From: Neoechinorhynchus agilis
Taxonomy: Eukaryota > Animalia > Acanthocephala
Assembly (NCBI GenBank): GCA_051530055.1
Contig: CM121342.1
Location: 14,647,480-14,711,479 of the forward strand
Direction of reading: 5' to 3'
Length of the DNA stretch: 64,000 nucleotides
In this document: positions 1 through 12,042 of the stretch, one piece after another
Layout: every line of letters starts with the position of its first letter
Numbering within the stretch: the first letter of the stretch is position 1
The notes under the pieces: generated by a model
What the model saw: the letters and a program-made list of their open reading frames with translations, nothing else
Databases searched by the model: none
Told to the model about the DNA's origin: nothing
Made by a program: the position numbers and the translations under genes

Positions 1-236
1 ACGTCCGTTTCAAGTATTTTAAGGATCTTCCCTTTGTTCTAAATGGCCTCGATATAAGGATTATGCCCAGATCCAAGGTTATTGTGCGCTAAAGCATTTT
101 CTTGGTATTTTAAACACTGTAAACAAATAGGTTGCTATTGTTGGACCAACTGGAGCAGGAAAGAGCACCATATTCGGTGCCATATTTAGATTGGGGATTG
201 TAGAAGGAAAGATTATCGTTAAAGTTTTGACACTGA
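1..236 (+). pseudogene. Duplicated ABCC fragment (NBD2 start with two exons and an intron), copy of 52194-52430
   Basis: Near-identical to 52194-52430, including the intron and the Walker A coding sequence (GPTGAGKST); runs off the window start. Confidence 0.9.
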
Positions 237-842
237 TTGTTGGTCGATGCACGAATCACTATGTCTTGGCTTCGAAGCAAGAGCGGCTTTTACGAGATTA
301 GTTTATGCAAAGGTAAGAAATCTTGAGAATGATATAAATTGTACAATTCCTTGTCGGCGTATTCTAGTGCTTGAAGCTTTCTCTTCATCAATGTGATCGA
401 ATCGAATCTGGATATCTTAGCAGTCTCATAAGTACTGATAGTTACTCGTTTGACATGTTTGCACAATTCGGTGTTCGAGTTCTTGGAAGCACTTTGGGGT
501 TTATTTTGGTATTTACTTTTTGCTACCTTTCCATTGACAAGTTCGCTCCGATCGCAATATGCGTCTATCTATATGCCTATGCACTTTACCTGTGTATGTG
601 ATTGGCCTGCGTATAATTAGGTTAGCCAATGAGTGCATAAGACAGGCTTATAATTCTTTTGTAGGAAACGCATTAACAAGGAAGTGGATAAGAGACTTCG
701 CAATCTCGCGATATATTGCCGGTTCGCCCAAACCTTCAAAATGTGCTGCTTAGATAGAGTTATCTATAAAGTAATGTACCGATTAAATAAGAAGGAAACG
801 TTTTTCTGTTCACTAAAAAATCTCGTGGAAGATAACTCTTTT
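237..842 (+). pseudogene. Duplicated ABCC TMD1 fragment, copy of 48779-49385, fused downstream of the NBD2 fragment
   Basis: Colinear match to 48779-49385 with introns retained; a 1-nt indel near 575-590 splits ORFs 371 and 559; identity falls toward 842. Confidence 0.9.
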
Positions 843-1070
843 ACGCGTTGCTTTGGCATTCATTTAAGCAAGGTACGCCCACATTTGAGGCTTTATGCGA
901 AAATATGTTTTTATGACTATTGCCTTTCTTTAAGGCAGATTCAATCAAAATCGATTTCGTCCTATGTATTAATCTCGAATACAGAATATTTTGATTAAAC
1001 TAATAATTCCATGAAGTTGTACTGTTCTGCAGAATATGCCTTTTACAAAGGAGTTCTTAAATTCTCTTTT

Positions 1071-1510
1071 AGGATCGTTAGGACCCGATATGAGACATCA
1101 GCTACTTAATGTCGCTGAAGGCAAGAATTTCGTTTGAAGCATTTATGAATTCACTGGTCGTTGTTTCTAGGATCTATTTTTGACGGAAGTGAGTGATATA
1201 GGTTTCCTCCTATTGAAATTAGAGGATGCGTCTTATCGAATGAAAGATATGGGGATGGCGCGAAGTCCAAAATCAAATGGTTTACGTGCAGATTATCGCT
1301 CATGTGAATGATTTAAGTCTTCCTTAAATTGAGAAATGAGCCCTGTCGACCAGAAGAAAACACATTTGCTGCATTTGTCCGGTAACACTCGTTTTCGTAC
1401 TACCGGTGATTTTCAATGTGGTTTTTTTACATACAACAATAATCTAGAAGGCCGTAGAATATTTAATTGGAATCCGACAGTAAGACTTCCGCTTAAAAAA
1501 ATAAAAAGGC
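1071..1510 (+). pseudogene. Older, diverged ABCC TMD2 relic
   Basis: About 1360-1500 aligns with about 51420-51570 (ICCICPVTLVFVLP vs [14 protein letters not shown]; shared GGAATCCGACAGTAAGACTT) with a stop and indels. Confidence 0.65.
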
Positions 1511-1955
1511 TATTCTTAGCACATTTATTGCCGCATCGAAATAAAAAATGTTGAAAAAGCTGGCGGCGGGTGATTCATTGCTGAGCGCTTTTGATAGCAA
1601 GAGCATGTGGCTTCTTTAGACTCATCGAAATGTTTAACTTGGGCAGAATGCCGTGAATGAGTAACCCGTGCACATCCCAAGCTCCCTGACACCGATGAGT
1701 TTAGCTCATATGCGAGACAATTGGTTAACGGCCACGCTGTAACGAGATCCACGAGAGTATCTGAGATTCACAGGTGAGCATGAGTAAGCAACGTCTCCTG
1801 CATTTGTGTAGTTATGACTAAAGTCAAACTACTAATCGCTGCAATGTATGGGGCACAGACTAGCATAAATACGAGACTGTAAGGCTTCTTTAACTTCACA
1901 CACTCAAATTTCGGTCCTCAACCTCCACTGAACAAACTCTTTGTGTGAAATAACA

Positions 1956-3611
1956 ATGACTGAAATAACAGGCAGCGACTTGGATCTAAACCCGCATCAG
2001 CCCTTTTTAAGCGGACTTCAACTAAGTGGTGGCAACCTAGTTACTACCCAAAACCTGGGAGGTTTTTCATCCGGAGGACTTACAAGTTTTGAATCATCCA
2101 GTGCTTATACCGCCCCAGTCGAAAATCAATTCGCAGCAGTGTCCTATGAGACATACGGACAAGGTGGAGTTGCGGATCTCGGACTTACAGGTGGCCAAGG
2201 CGGTTCATTTGGATCCTATTCTTTTGAATCAAGCACCGGCGGTGGATATGGAGCCGGAGTCGAAGGAGGTCTCGGGCTAGCATATGGTGCCGAAGATGCT
2301 GCCGCTTTCAGTGAAGCCGCTGCTTATGGCTCGTCAGCATCATTTGGCGCAGGTGGAGCGTTCGGTGCTCTTGAAGGAGCGACAGGTGGATTAGTTGAAC
2401 AAGGTGGATTCTCCGCTTCTTCAGCCGAGTTCAGTTCAAGCGGTGCAGGACTTAGTGCAGGAGCCGGAGCAGGAGCAGGAGCAGGAGCAGTCTTACCTCT
2501 CAACGCCTACCGTATCCAGGCTGACCCGAGCCCGACCGTCGTCAGGCGCGCATTGACTGGTGCATCGACCGTCCACAGACAGAACGTTATTATACGATTT
2601 CTCAGACCACCGGCCCCACCGGCACCAGGCCCACTCATTATAAAGGAAGTTCGTCCACCACAACCAAAACCAGCTCCACCTCTAGTGATTAGACAGAGAC
2701 CACCACGTCCACGCACTCCTCCAGCCCTTGTTCTAAGAGAGCGCCCACCCAGAATGCCAGTAGTTACCAAAACTCAGACTGTTATCAAGAGACTTGCAGC
2801 AATTCCCGCACCACCGAGACAGGTGATCATTGAGCGTTATCCAGCTCTTCCAGCCAAGCCACGTGATGTGATCATTGAAAGATGGCTACAGTACGGCCCA
2901 TTGCCAAGACGAAAGGTCATATACCAACGAGCTGCGGCTGCCCGCGCATACCGAACTCCAAAGAACTTGATTGTGCAGTACACAGCACCACGACCAGCAG
3001 TACAGAGGGTTTTTAGACGCCTAGGAGTTATGAGCGTTAACCCATTGTCCTACGCTTCACAATACGGTGCTAGCCTTCTCGATAGCGCCTCAATTGTGTC
3101 GGCAGCGCGGAATGCAGGTGTTGTTGAGAACATTACTCCTCCCGGACTTGTTTATGCCGTCGGTGGAGCAGGAGCTGTTAGTGCAGGATCTGGAGCTTTT
3201 AGTGCAGGATCCGGATATCTGGCTAGTGAAGACTTACAACTTACAGGTGGTTTCGGCGGCGCTGAGTCGTCCCTTGCCCTTGCGGGAGGAGATGCTTCGT
3301 ACAGTGCATACCAAACAGCCGATTATGGACTTGCAGGATTCGGTGGACTAGTTTCTGGCGGTGCTGCTGATCTTTCATCAACCGCGACTCAATATACGTC
3401 ATATGGAACAAGTGGTTTTGAAGGATACTCAGGAGCAGAATTTCTGAGCAGTGGAAGCGGATTCGCAAGTGCTGTCGAAGCCGAAGGAAGCGCCACAACA
3501 ATGACAGGAGGATTCGAATATGGTGGATCTACGGAATCCGTTGAAGGTGCCGGAAACACAGTCGCTGTGGAAAGTTACGAAAGTAGCACGGTTCAATCAA
3601 GCGAGGCTTAA
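1956..3611 (+). CDS. Intronless 551-aa protein: acidic Gly/Ser/Ala-rich ends flanking a basic Pro/Arg-rich repeat core (PP..P..II(R/K/E) motifs); probable intracellular structural protein, copy 1
   Basis: Long open frame (first ATG 1956; the track start at 1941 is TTG); no signal peptide; TATA-like GCATAAATA near 1863; duplicated intact. Confidence 0.85.
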   Translation: MTEITGSDLDLNPHQPFLSGLQLSGGNLVTTQNLGGFSSGGLTSFESSSAYTAPVENQFAAVSYETYGQGGVADLGLTGGQGGSFGSYSFESSTGGGYGAGVEGGLGLAYGAEDAAAFSEAAAYGSSASFGAGGAFGALEGATGGLVEQGGFSASSAEFSSSGAGLSAGAGAGAGAGAVLPLNAYRIQADPSPTVVRRALTGASTVHRQNVIIRFLRPPAPPAPGPLIIKEVRPPQPKPAPPLVIRQRPPRPRTPPALVLRERPPRMPVVTKTQTVIKRLAAIPAPPRQVIIERYPALPAKPRDVIIERWLQYGPLPRRKVIYQRAAAARAYRTPKNLIVQYTAPRPAVQRVFRRLGVMSVNPLSYASQYGASLLDSASIVSAARNAGVVENITPPGLVYAVGGAGAVSAGSGAFSAGSGYLASEDLQLTGGFGGAESSLALAGGDASYSAYQTADYGLAGFGGLVSGGAADLSSTATQYTSYGTSGFEGYSGAEFLSSGSGFASAVEAEGSATTMTGGFEYGGSTESVEGAGNTVAVESYESSTVQSSEA

Positions 3612-4034
3612 AGATTTAAACCAAGTTTTATGAGATTACAAATTGTTGCGAATCGATTTTTTCTTCTTAATTTAAATTTTTTTCAACTTTTATGGTGAAT
3701 TGTGTTAAAAAATAGTGTTACACAAAACAATATAATGTCATTTAAGACCACCGCATCCTCCGGATAGATCGAACAAAACCGTAGGTTAGGTTTAATGGGC
3801 CACTTCTATGTGATTGTGTTGTAAATGTGAGTGAAAGTACACCGGTTTATATCCTAGTTCATCAAACTCTGCAAGAAAAAGGTCAACTACATAATAAAAA
3901 TACTAAGAACTAGGAACTAAGACAAAATCGTTCTTTGGTAAAAATTATTTTAAAGCTTATTTGGTTCCTAGTTTGTGATAGAACACAAGAAAGTTACAAT
4001 CTAAAGAAATTTTTTAACAATAGCACGTCTCATT

Positions 4035-5500
4035 GTTGAATAAATAAGAGGAACAATGTACATCTTGGTCTTCGAGAATATTAGAACTCGCGAACACTCG
4101 AGTTCCGATAGGTTAAATTAATGTGGCTATTAACTTTTGAGTGGATTGCGCTTTCGGTCGAATGGAAAAGTTGGTGGTTATTGTTTTTCAGGAGAGTTTA
4201 TGAGGTTGGGTCTTGTCCCAGGTTCATTTCAAATTATGATATCCGAGAAGATTGTGTAGTATGGAAAAAGGAGCGGAGGTAGAGGCATTGGAGGATGAAA
4301 AGAATTGAGATGGCGGGTGTTACGCTCATTTGAAGATTGAAATAAAATGTGGCAAAAATTGTGGTGGTATGGTTGTGGCATTTTGATCGTCGTTTGAAAA
4401 TTTTACAGACACATTCGGGAAGCGGAGAAAATTCAACTGTGCAAATTTTAGAGGTTCTTTTATGAAACTTTTCAAGACGATGGATTTGAGATTCGGATAG
4501 GTTGCAAAAGACGGGATAACCGTATAGGAGGGAGGGCAAAATTAAGCTGAAGTAAAATTTGGAAAGGAGACATCTGAGGAGATAAATTTTAAAGATATTG
4601 CGTTCGATTGGAAAGTGTAATGTGCGTGTCCCATTTTAGGTTTGATTGAAATTAGAGACCAAAAATTCGGAGGGAGGTGACTCGTCGAATGTCATTTAGA
4701 AACTCAGGGGATGATGTGGGGTTGCGGGAAAGAGGGGATCATTTCGAAGCATTTAGAGAAAGTGAGATGGAGTTTGTGATTGATGCAGAAATTAGGAAGA
4801 GGAACCATGCACCTCTGGGTCTTCGTGATCACTTTAGAGTTGATGACGGATCCGGAAATTGGAGTGGATTATGCGGATGACAGATCCAGTGTGGATGATG
4901 GATCCAGAGTGGATGACGGATCCGGAGTGGATGACGGTCGAAAGGAGAGGGAGCGGTGAAGGTGTGATTTTGTGATGAGGGTGAGATCATCGAAATATAG
5001 GAAAAGTTTACAGTGTTGCGAGGAAGGTTTCAGTTCGTTTAAGGAAATATTAAAAAGAAGTGGTGACAGGACTTCACCTTGAGATACTCCTTCAGTGAGG
5101 GATACTTAGCAGTGAATGTATTGTTGGCGATTGTGAAGATATGATTCGAGCCAGCGGATCTGCCACAAGTTGGGACCGAAATCGGAGCAGGCCCCGAGAG
5201 GGAGTAAATGGTCCACGGAGCCGAATGCTTTCGGCAAATCCGGTTGAAAAAATGGATGACGTGAGAGGGATTATTGTCGAGGTTTCGTAACAGCGTGTCA
5301 TAGATGCAAAGTAGGGCATCCGTTGCAGAAAATTTAGGCCGGAAGCCGAATTGCAAAGGCGACAATTTGTTGTTGAGAAGTGGAAGAAGGTGAGATTTAA
5401 AATATTTTTCGATAATTGGACGAAATGATTCAGAGCGAATCGGAGGTCCATTTTTGGAAAGCTCGAAAAACATTTGAGTAGCATGGACAAATCGAGATCA
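4035..5500 (-). mobile_element. LINE (APE/RT class, CR1/L2-like) 3' part, degenerate; copy A
   Basis: RT motifs QFGFRP, DLPKAFGSVDH, GVSQG, LYFDD; C-terminal LEKFHKR; frameshifts. Confidence 0.85.
4850..4936 (-). repeat. 18-bp minisatellite (CCGTCATCCACTCCGGAT-like, about 4-5 units) inside the LINE RT
   Basis: Visible tandem units; mirrored at about 28485-28575; absent from the diverged part of LINE copy B. Confidence 0.85.
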
Positions 5501-7789
5501 GGATCATATAAAATCCCTAAAAAGCTGTCCGAGAATAACTAAGCATGATGTTCAAAAGCAACAAGGCAAAATTAGCGCAAAAAACTCGCACATTTTAACA
5601 TCGAATGTGTCCACCTCCGGTCTTGATTTAATTGGTCAACTGTTTGTAGGGATAATGCGATCGCTTGAATATTCCATGACTTTTGATTGCATGTTCGTGT
5701 ATCGACATTCCGTATGAAACCTTTAGACAAAAAAATGGACCATTGTGAGGGAAGTTTGCCTTCTCTAATGTTCGGGTGTGGAGAAAACACATTTAGAGCA
5801 CAACGCCTGCACTATACGAACACACAGACAGAATCTGGCTCGATTGTGTCCCACTTCCACCAAACTGCGGCACTCCTTTCTTCACTTACGAAAATGGTAT
5901 GTAGCAACGTTGCGCAACTTTCAGTCGTCGGAGCCTCCAAGTGGAATGTGCACGAGACATACGAAGGAGAAATAGCAACACTGTCAGCATTTACCAGAGT
6001 AAGTCTTAACTCATGTCACATTTGCTTAAAAATACAACCGATAAGTGTGAGATTTTTATTATCCGTTAAAGCGGAAAAATGACGTCATTCCAAATTGTTT
6101 TTGAGTTTTGGACCAAAATGACCTTTTCTACAAAGATTTTGCGCCACAAAAACTACCTTCACAACCGCATTATTTATGATCTCTTATAAATACTTAAATG
6201 AAACCAGTCAAAAACGAAATCAAGTGTTAGAACATCCCATACTCTGCTTTTTTATTTTTAGACACACAACCAACCGATATCTTCCATCAGGGGATGTAGG
6301 GAAGTGATTGGGTTGGATATGTGCTTAAAATGAAAACGCTGAGTGAGGCGTGGTTTCCCCTTTCGAAATATTTCCTAATAATAAAGGAATATTTGACTGA
6401 ACGATTATGTTCACTACCGCCATTCAATATTTACTATCCCTAAAGTATGAATCTTGATACTTAATTAATATAACCGGCTTGCAAGTAAACATAAGAAAAA
6501 ATGAAATCTTTGACTTTTATCGGCGATAAAAATGATTTTTTAAATCTGAAAAGGAAACTTGGGTAGGAAGAAATTATTTTGGGTACTTTAATTGATTAAA
6601 TTAAGCAAGAAAACGTACACTTGCTGTTCTAAACAGAGAACTAACGGAATAATAGCAAGGAATGATTGCACGATGGCAAATTTCAGGCGGCCAATCAACG
6701 ATTAATCCATCCATTTAGCATTGTTTAACGCTCATATAAGAGCATTTCTCTTGATTTAAGTCGATCATCAAGTTTATTTTTAAAAATATGATAAGAACCA
6801 ATTTTCTTATAAGCGGATATATTAGAAACATTGTAGACTACTGCTCTTTGAACACAAATCAAAAAAGTCGTATATATCTGGATTATTATCATGCTGTCAA
6901 AAACGCTTATTTAAATCTTTCATTAAGAAATAATACAAATCTGTAGTACGAAACTCAAATTTTAATCATATCGAGAAAATCCATCGGGATGTTAAATTAT
7001 GATTTGTGGCGAAGATGCTCCTGCTTAGTCACCAACTCACACATTTGAAACTTACAAGCAATGATTGAGATGGCGAGGTTTTCTCGACTGGGGGTACCTT
7101 CACCACAAGTCAAATTTTAATGCTGTGTTCACAAATCCCAAGATTTAATCCTTCTCAACTTTCGTTATTTGGTTTTATATTCTTCAATTTTTGAATCTTT
7201 TCGTATCAACATGCACAAATGTATTTGGAAATCAAAAATAAAACCTTTTGAGATCGGTTATTTGAAATGGCATTTACTGCACAAAATCTTTTTTTCGATG
7301 TTTTCAAATTTACGTTATTTATTTTATAAAATTAATCTTATCTAAATAACAGAAGTAAACATTAGTTTGAAATTTAGCAAATTGTTCAATTTTTTAAATT
7401 AATTAAACGCTCCGTTTTATGTAAATATTTGCGTAAATCCATTCCACAGCTATTTGACGAATTTTTTTCCAAGGTTTTTAGTCTTCAAAGAAAATAGAAA
7501 GCTTTCAAATTAAGCGACTTAAACGAGTTCACTGATATTACATCCTAGAAAATAGTGTGTTTTGCTTCTCATCAAACCTTAAAAGTGTAAACAAATCTTG
7601 TAGATACAAAAAATGTAAAAAAAAGATCGAATTCTGTAATGACCAGAATCGATCACGCCGTATTTTAAAAAAACGATACGTTCTTTGAACTAAAAAATTG
7701 TATTTTTAATGAAAGTGAATAAGAGGAATTTATAAATCAACTATTACTCGTTAATAGAATACTTTTATTAAAGAAGATATAAACATAAT

Positions 7790-8120
7790 TATTCGTCGTC
7801 CTCGTCCTCAATTGTCGCCCGAATGCTTGCAGTGTTTCTTCTCAACACGGCGATGCTGATATTTTGAACCTTGCATCGCCGTTTGTAACCTGATGGCGTC
7901 AGATTAGATCCCTCAGGAGTTTAAGAGCGTCACTACCAAGAGATGTTAAATCGAGGTATTTCGCCGTTTTCCGTCCTTCCGCTCGCTGCACCTCCAGCTT
8001 GAATCACTGAGAACTTGAGATTGCTGGCTGCGAGTGTATCGATACAAGTGGCGTCCCAGAGGAGGCATTTACCCTCCCGCCTCCGAAATACGGTCACCCC
8101 ATCAGGTCTACGCCCCGAAT
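7790..8120 (-). mobile_element. CRE-type non-LTR retrotransposon 3' relic (restriction-like endonuclease)
   Basis: Reverse strand reads GRRPDGVTVF..EGKCLLWDATCIDTLA ... ISIAVLRRNTASI, homologous to 47280-47650. Confidence 0.85.
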
Positions 8121-8267
8121 AATAATGTTTATATCTTCAAAATAAAAATTATGATTGTAAACTTCTATTAAAGTAGATGAAAATTCGAATAGCACAAGTA
8201 TCCAATAATGATCACCGACAGAGAAAATCCTTCGGGTTAGTCCAAGTATAATTTTGGTGATGATTTA

Positions 8268-8309
8268 TTTGAGATATTTCGAACGAAGTAACTTCGCCTC
8301 ATCAGTCAT
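8268..8309 (-). ncRNA. Minimal type I hammerhead ribozyme
   Basis: UGA-CUGAUGA-GGCGAAG UUA CUUCGUUC-GAAAUAUC^UCA on the reverse strand. Confidence 0.75.
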
Positions 8310-8833
8310 CAAAAAATGAGTTTTACACATAAAGGTTTTAAGCTAGAGTGCATGAGACCGCCAAAACCCCAATAATGATTTTGGAAACCCTTAAAAGCCG
8401 ACTTATTCTTGATATCTTTTGATTTTAAGAAATTTCTACCGTCTAAAGTTAATCACGACCTGAAAGATCGAATAACTTCTTAAAAGAAATCAAACCGACG
8501 CAGATAAAAGTTCGACCACGGAAGAACTCATTAAAAATTGTTCATTCCTCATTGAGTGCGTGTGGTGCTCGTCGTTGTTTCTTCTTTTCTTAAATCATTT
8601 CGCCCATGTGTTAATGCAACGAAGATTTACATTAAATAACTTTTTATTATTAATGAGGTTCGCTAATTTCCTCACTGTCTACAGTTAGTTTTGGTAAGGG
8701 CGCAAATCGTATTGATGTTTGTTAAATCTTTTCGAAAATTCCGAATTTAATAATTGCGGAGTAAAAAATAAAGATTTCTAATTGTATACTTTCGGTGAAA
8801 TTAATCCCCCGGCCATAACCTATTTGATTTATT

Positions 8834-8870
8834 TGAGATATTTCGCGAGGTAACCTCGCATCATCAGTCA
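8834..8870 (-). ncRNA. Minimal type I hammerhead ribozyme, intact core
   Basis: UGA-CUGAUGA-U-GCGAGG UUA CCUCGC-GAAAUAUC^UCA; perfect 6-bp helix II; palindromic AUAU helix III. Confidence 0.85.
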
Positions 8871-10225
8871 TTGATTGTAGGTGTTTATAAGACGAACTCA
8901 AATATTTAAAAACCATGATGCGAGGTTACGACGTTCGAAATATCTCAAATAAATCGGGGATTGCTTCCACCAAAAGTATAAGCTTTGATTAACCCGAAGA
9001 ACTTTCTCTATCGATGATAATTCTAATTGTGTCGGATTATTGTCGTTGGCTTAATACTTACGTTCTTCTCTTCTTAGTTATACCATCGGTTTTGAATCTT
9101 TACTAATTTATTTCTCCGCTTGGTGTAAAATATCGAAATTATTCGACCGACGTGAAATATCGGGGAAATAAATTAGTAAAGATTTAAATCCGAGGGCGGT
9201 GGTGAAACTAAGAAGAGAAGAAAGATTTGTAATTATTGGCTTATATACTGCCCAATAATCGATCAAACAGTGGCTAGATTGAACAATAGAGTGGCGGTTA
9301 AAGTGCTTTTATCGCATTAGATCTTCTCGTTAGAGTTCATGTGACTCCGGCGGCCATTGTCGGATTTGTACTTGTAAGCTTTTTCTTCTGAAAGAGTTCA
9401 GAAAAGATAAGAAAAGAATGAGACGTGAGTGCATTCGTCAGAACGTCATACTTTTTTGTGGGCGCTCCTTTCGAACTTTATAAGGCAAAAAATTCAGATC
9501 CAATAATATTACAAAATGACGTTACGTTTTTGATCAAAATGATCAATTTATGATTAAATAGGTTCCGCTAAATGCCGAAAATTGCTTTTTAGCCTTTTAA
9601 AAACAAATTTAATCGACTGTTTTCTCTGTACTCTGTTCATCGCGTGGCTCAATTGTTGCCAAATTTATTCGCTTCCTCGTTCTTCCCTAAGACCCCCAGT
9701 AGTCTTAATCGGTGTAACTCAGACTAGAGACCGCAGTGGGTTTTTCTATGAAACCTTAGATAACTCCCAAGTCGATTCATGTGACGAAGAATATATTGCG
9801 CTGTTTCCACTTCTGCATATTTCCATATTCTTAATCTTCTTGTTCCAAATTTCCGTTATGCTCTTCAATACTGACATTTCTAAACATGCTTCTATCACAA
9901 ATTACAATGCATTTTTAGCAGGAAACATCAAAATATTCAACGTCTTTGCCTGTGCTAAAAGGCTGGGCATAAGAAAGCTTCGTGGACTTCTAAATCGCTC
10001 GTGCTGAAAATGCTTTTCATTTCCGCAGTAGATCCAAAAAGCGCATTTAGCGAACGAAAAAGATCTAAAATTATTATTATTAATAGTTATTGCTCAACGT
10101 TTCGCCGCCGTATTGTTTCTTTTGCTCTCATTAGAATTTTCCGCTTTCAGTATTGATTACCTCGTCATTTTGTTTTCCATCCATTTCATCGCCCTGAAGT
10201 GTCCATTAGGAAACGACGAGGTCAG

Positions 10226-12042
10226 ATGGTTTTGAGCGATCGGCAAAAAGCAGAATTGTGAGTGTTATTTTAAGTTTTTCTTTTGATTCTTAACTGAAGA
10301 AAAGGAATTCTGCTATCTGCGAATATTTAAAAACTAACGGATACGTAAATTCTCTTCGCGAATTCGCTACTGAAGCGGGTGTAGATGACCAACACCCGTC
10401 TACCTCTTCATCAGCAGCAGCGCCAAATGAACATTTGTCATCGTCTACAAGAGATTTATTGGAGAAAAAATGGATGTCAGTTGTGAGATTGCAACGCAAG
10501 ATAATCGAGCTCGAGACTCGTCTTTCTCAGATGGAAAGTCAAAGGGCAGAGGAGGAGGTTGTGTCAGATGGCACGGATGGCTTCGTTTGGCGCAAACGAA
10601 GAAACTTAGGTGGACAACCGATTCCACTAATTCCTGAAAGACTTCGACTCTACGGGCATCGTGGACCTGTAACACAAGTTTGCTTTCATCCTGTGTTTTC
10701 GTTCATTGCTTCAGCATCGGAAGATGCGAGCATTAAGGTTGATTATGTTCAATTTTTACAACTTAATCTCGAATTTGTTTGTTATTCAAACTTTAGATTT
10801 GGGACTATGAGAGCGGTGAACTTGAGAAAACCCTCAAAGGTCATACGGACACTGTGAATGACGTCCAATTTAGACCACGATCCGGAAATCAGTTGGCGTC
10901 GTGCTCATCCGATCAGACAATTCGTTTATGGGATCTGCAAACATTTGAAACGTTTAAAACTCTTAGAGGTACCGTTTTTTTGTCGAAGACATTCACTATT
11001 TGTGTGATCCACAGGGCATGACCATTCCGTGCACGGTGTTCGATACTTTCCCAACGACAGTGATCGCCTTATTTCTTGCAGTAGAGATAAAACAATTAAG
11101 ATTTGGGATACTGCATCAGGGTGAGTCTTAACCCTATACCGTATCCGTTTTAGTGTAGACGCTTTCTAATCTGTTTCTATATTTTGCAGACGGAGAAACT
11201 TATTATGTGATTAGACCTAATGAGACTGAACTTCGTACATTTTGTGTTTTGATTTTTTGAATTGAGATGCGAGGCACATAAACGATTGTGTGTTATTTTA
11301 TCCATATTCTTAACTAGAATTTAGTTTTTCTTTATTATTTTTAGTTTTTGCATTCGCACTCTGACGGTTGATTCGAAATGGGCTCGAAAAATTTCGGTCA
11401 CTCATGATGGTGCTTACTTTGCTACCTGCGGCGATGATCTGGTTAGTATACATAAGCGCATCTATTCGTCAAATCAATCTTTTTTGCAGGACATTAAGAT
11501 ATGGCAATCTAATGCCACAACTATCACAGACTTCCACACTCGCCTCTGTGGTCACTTTAACACAATCGAAGCCATTGAGTGGCTTCCTCCTCCCGATGAA
11601 GATCCTCCTTCTGTAAATGGCAACGGAGCTGTCGATTTTAATTACCGAACTCCTCCAAACCAACGTATGATTCTCAGCGGAGGTCGCGACAAGCTTATTA
11701 TGTGCTGGGATGCATTGTCCGGTATCTGTTTGTACACTCTCAATGACCACGAGTGCTGGGTACAGGCAATTCGTGCCATTCGGACAACCTCGGACGCTTG
11801 CTTTTTCATAAGCGTTTCTGATGATCGATCAATAATTGTATGGAACGCGAGCAGCAGAGCCATTGTCAAGAGGATCGCTGATGCCCACGAACACTTTTGC
11901 TTCTGTATAGGTGAGTCAGTAGATCAAGACGCAAGGATAACTTTTATAAAATTGATTGTGTTTAGATATTCACCCGAAAGGAACAATGATCGCTACCGGA
12001 AGTGCTGATTCGACCATCAAGCTTTGGGATTGCCGAAGATAA
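10226..12042 (+). CDS. PAFAH1B1: Lissencephaly-1 homolog (LisH, coiled coil, 7 WD40), multi-exon
   Basis: [11 protein letters not shown] / [13 protein letters not shown] / [16 protein letters not shown] / GHRGPVTQV / KLWDCRR*; the six junctions checked are canonical GT-AG. Confidence 0.95.

Larger units (their letters stand above)
1066..5393. repeat. Left arm of a 4.3-kb near-identical inverted repeat (partner 28030-32356)
   Basis: Coordinates sum to about 33422 throughout; mirrored ORF sets; only scattered SNPs and 1-nt indels. Confidence 0.97.
8150..9230 (-). mobile_element. Scrambled Penelope-like 3'-end relics with fold-back repeats
   Basis: Degenerate GIY-YIG-like I*CKSSLH*HMGE near 8600-8640 (-); 8219-8300 is inverted versus 8915-9010; contains hammerheads. 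Confidence 0.55.

Noticed and set aside
2089-3501. Overlapping and antisense ORFs within the Pro-rich gene (and mirrors at 29921-31333)
   Set aside because: Shadow frames of a low-complexity coding sequence; no independent motifs.
5572-6082. ORFs of 131 aa (+) and 72 aa (-), with a GTAAGT donor-like site at 5999
   Set aside because: No recognisable family and strand cannot be decided; left uncalled.
11121-11344. Long LIS1 intron as a possible snoRNA host
   Set aside because: No convincing C/D or H/ACA boxes at workable spacing.
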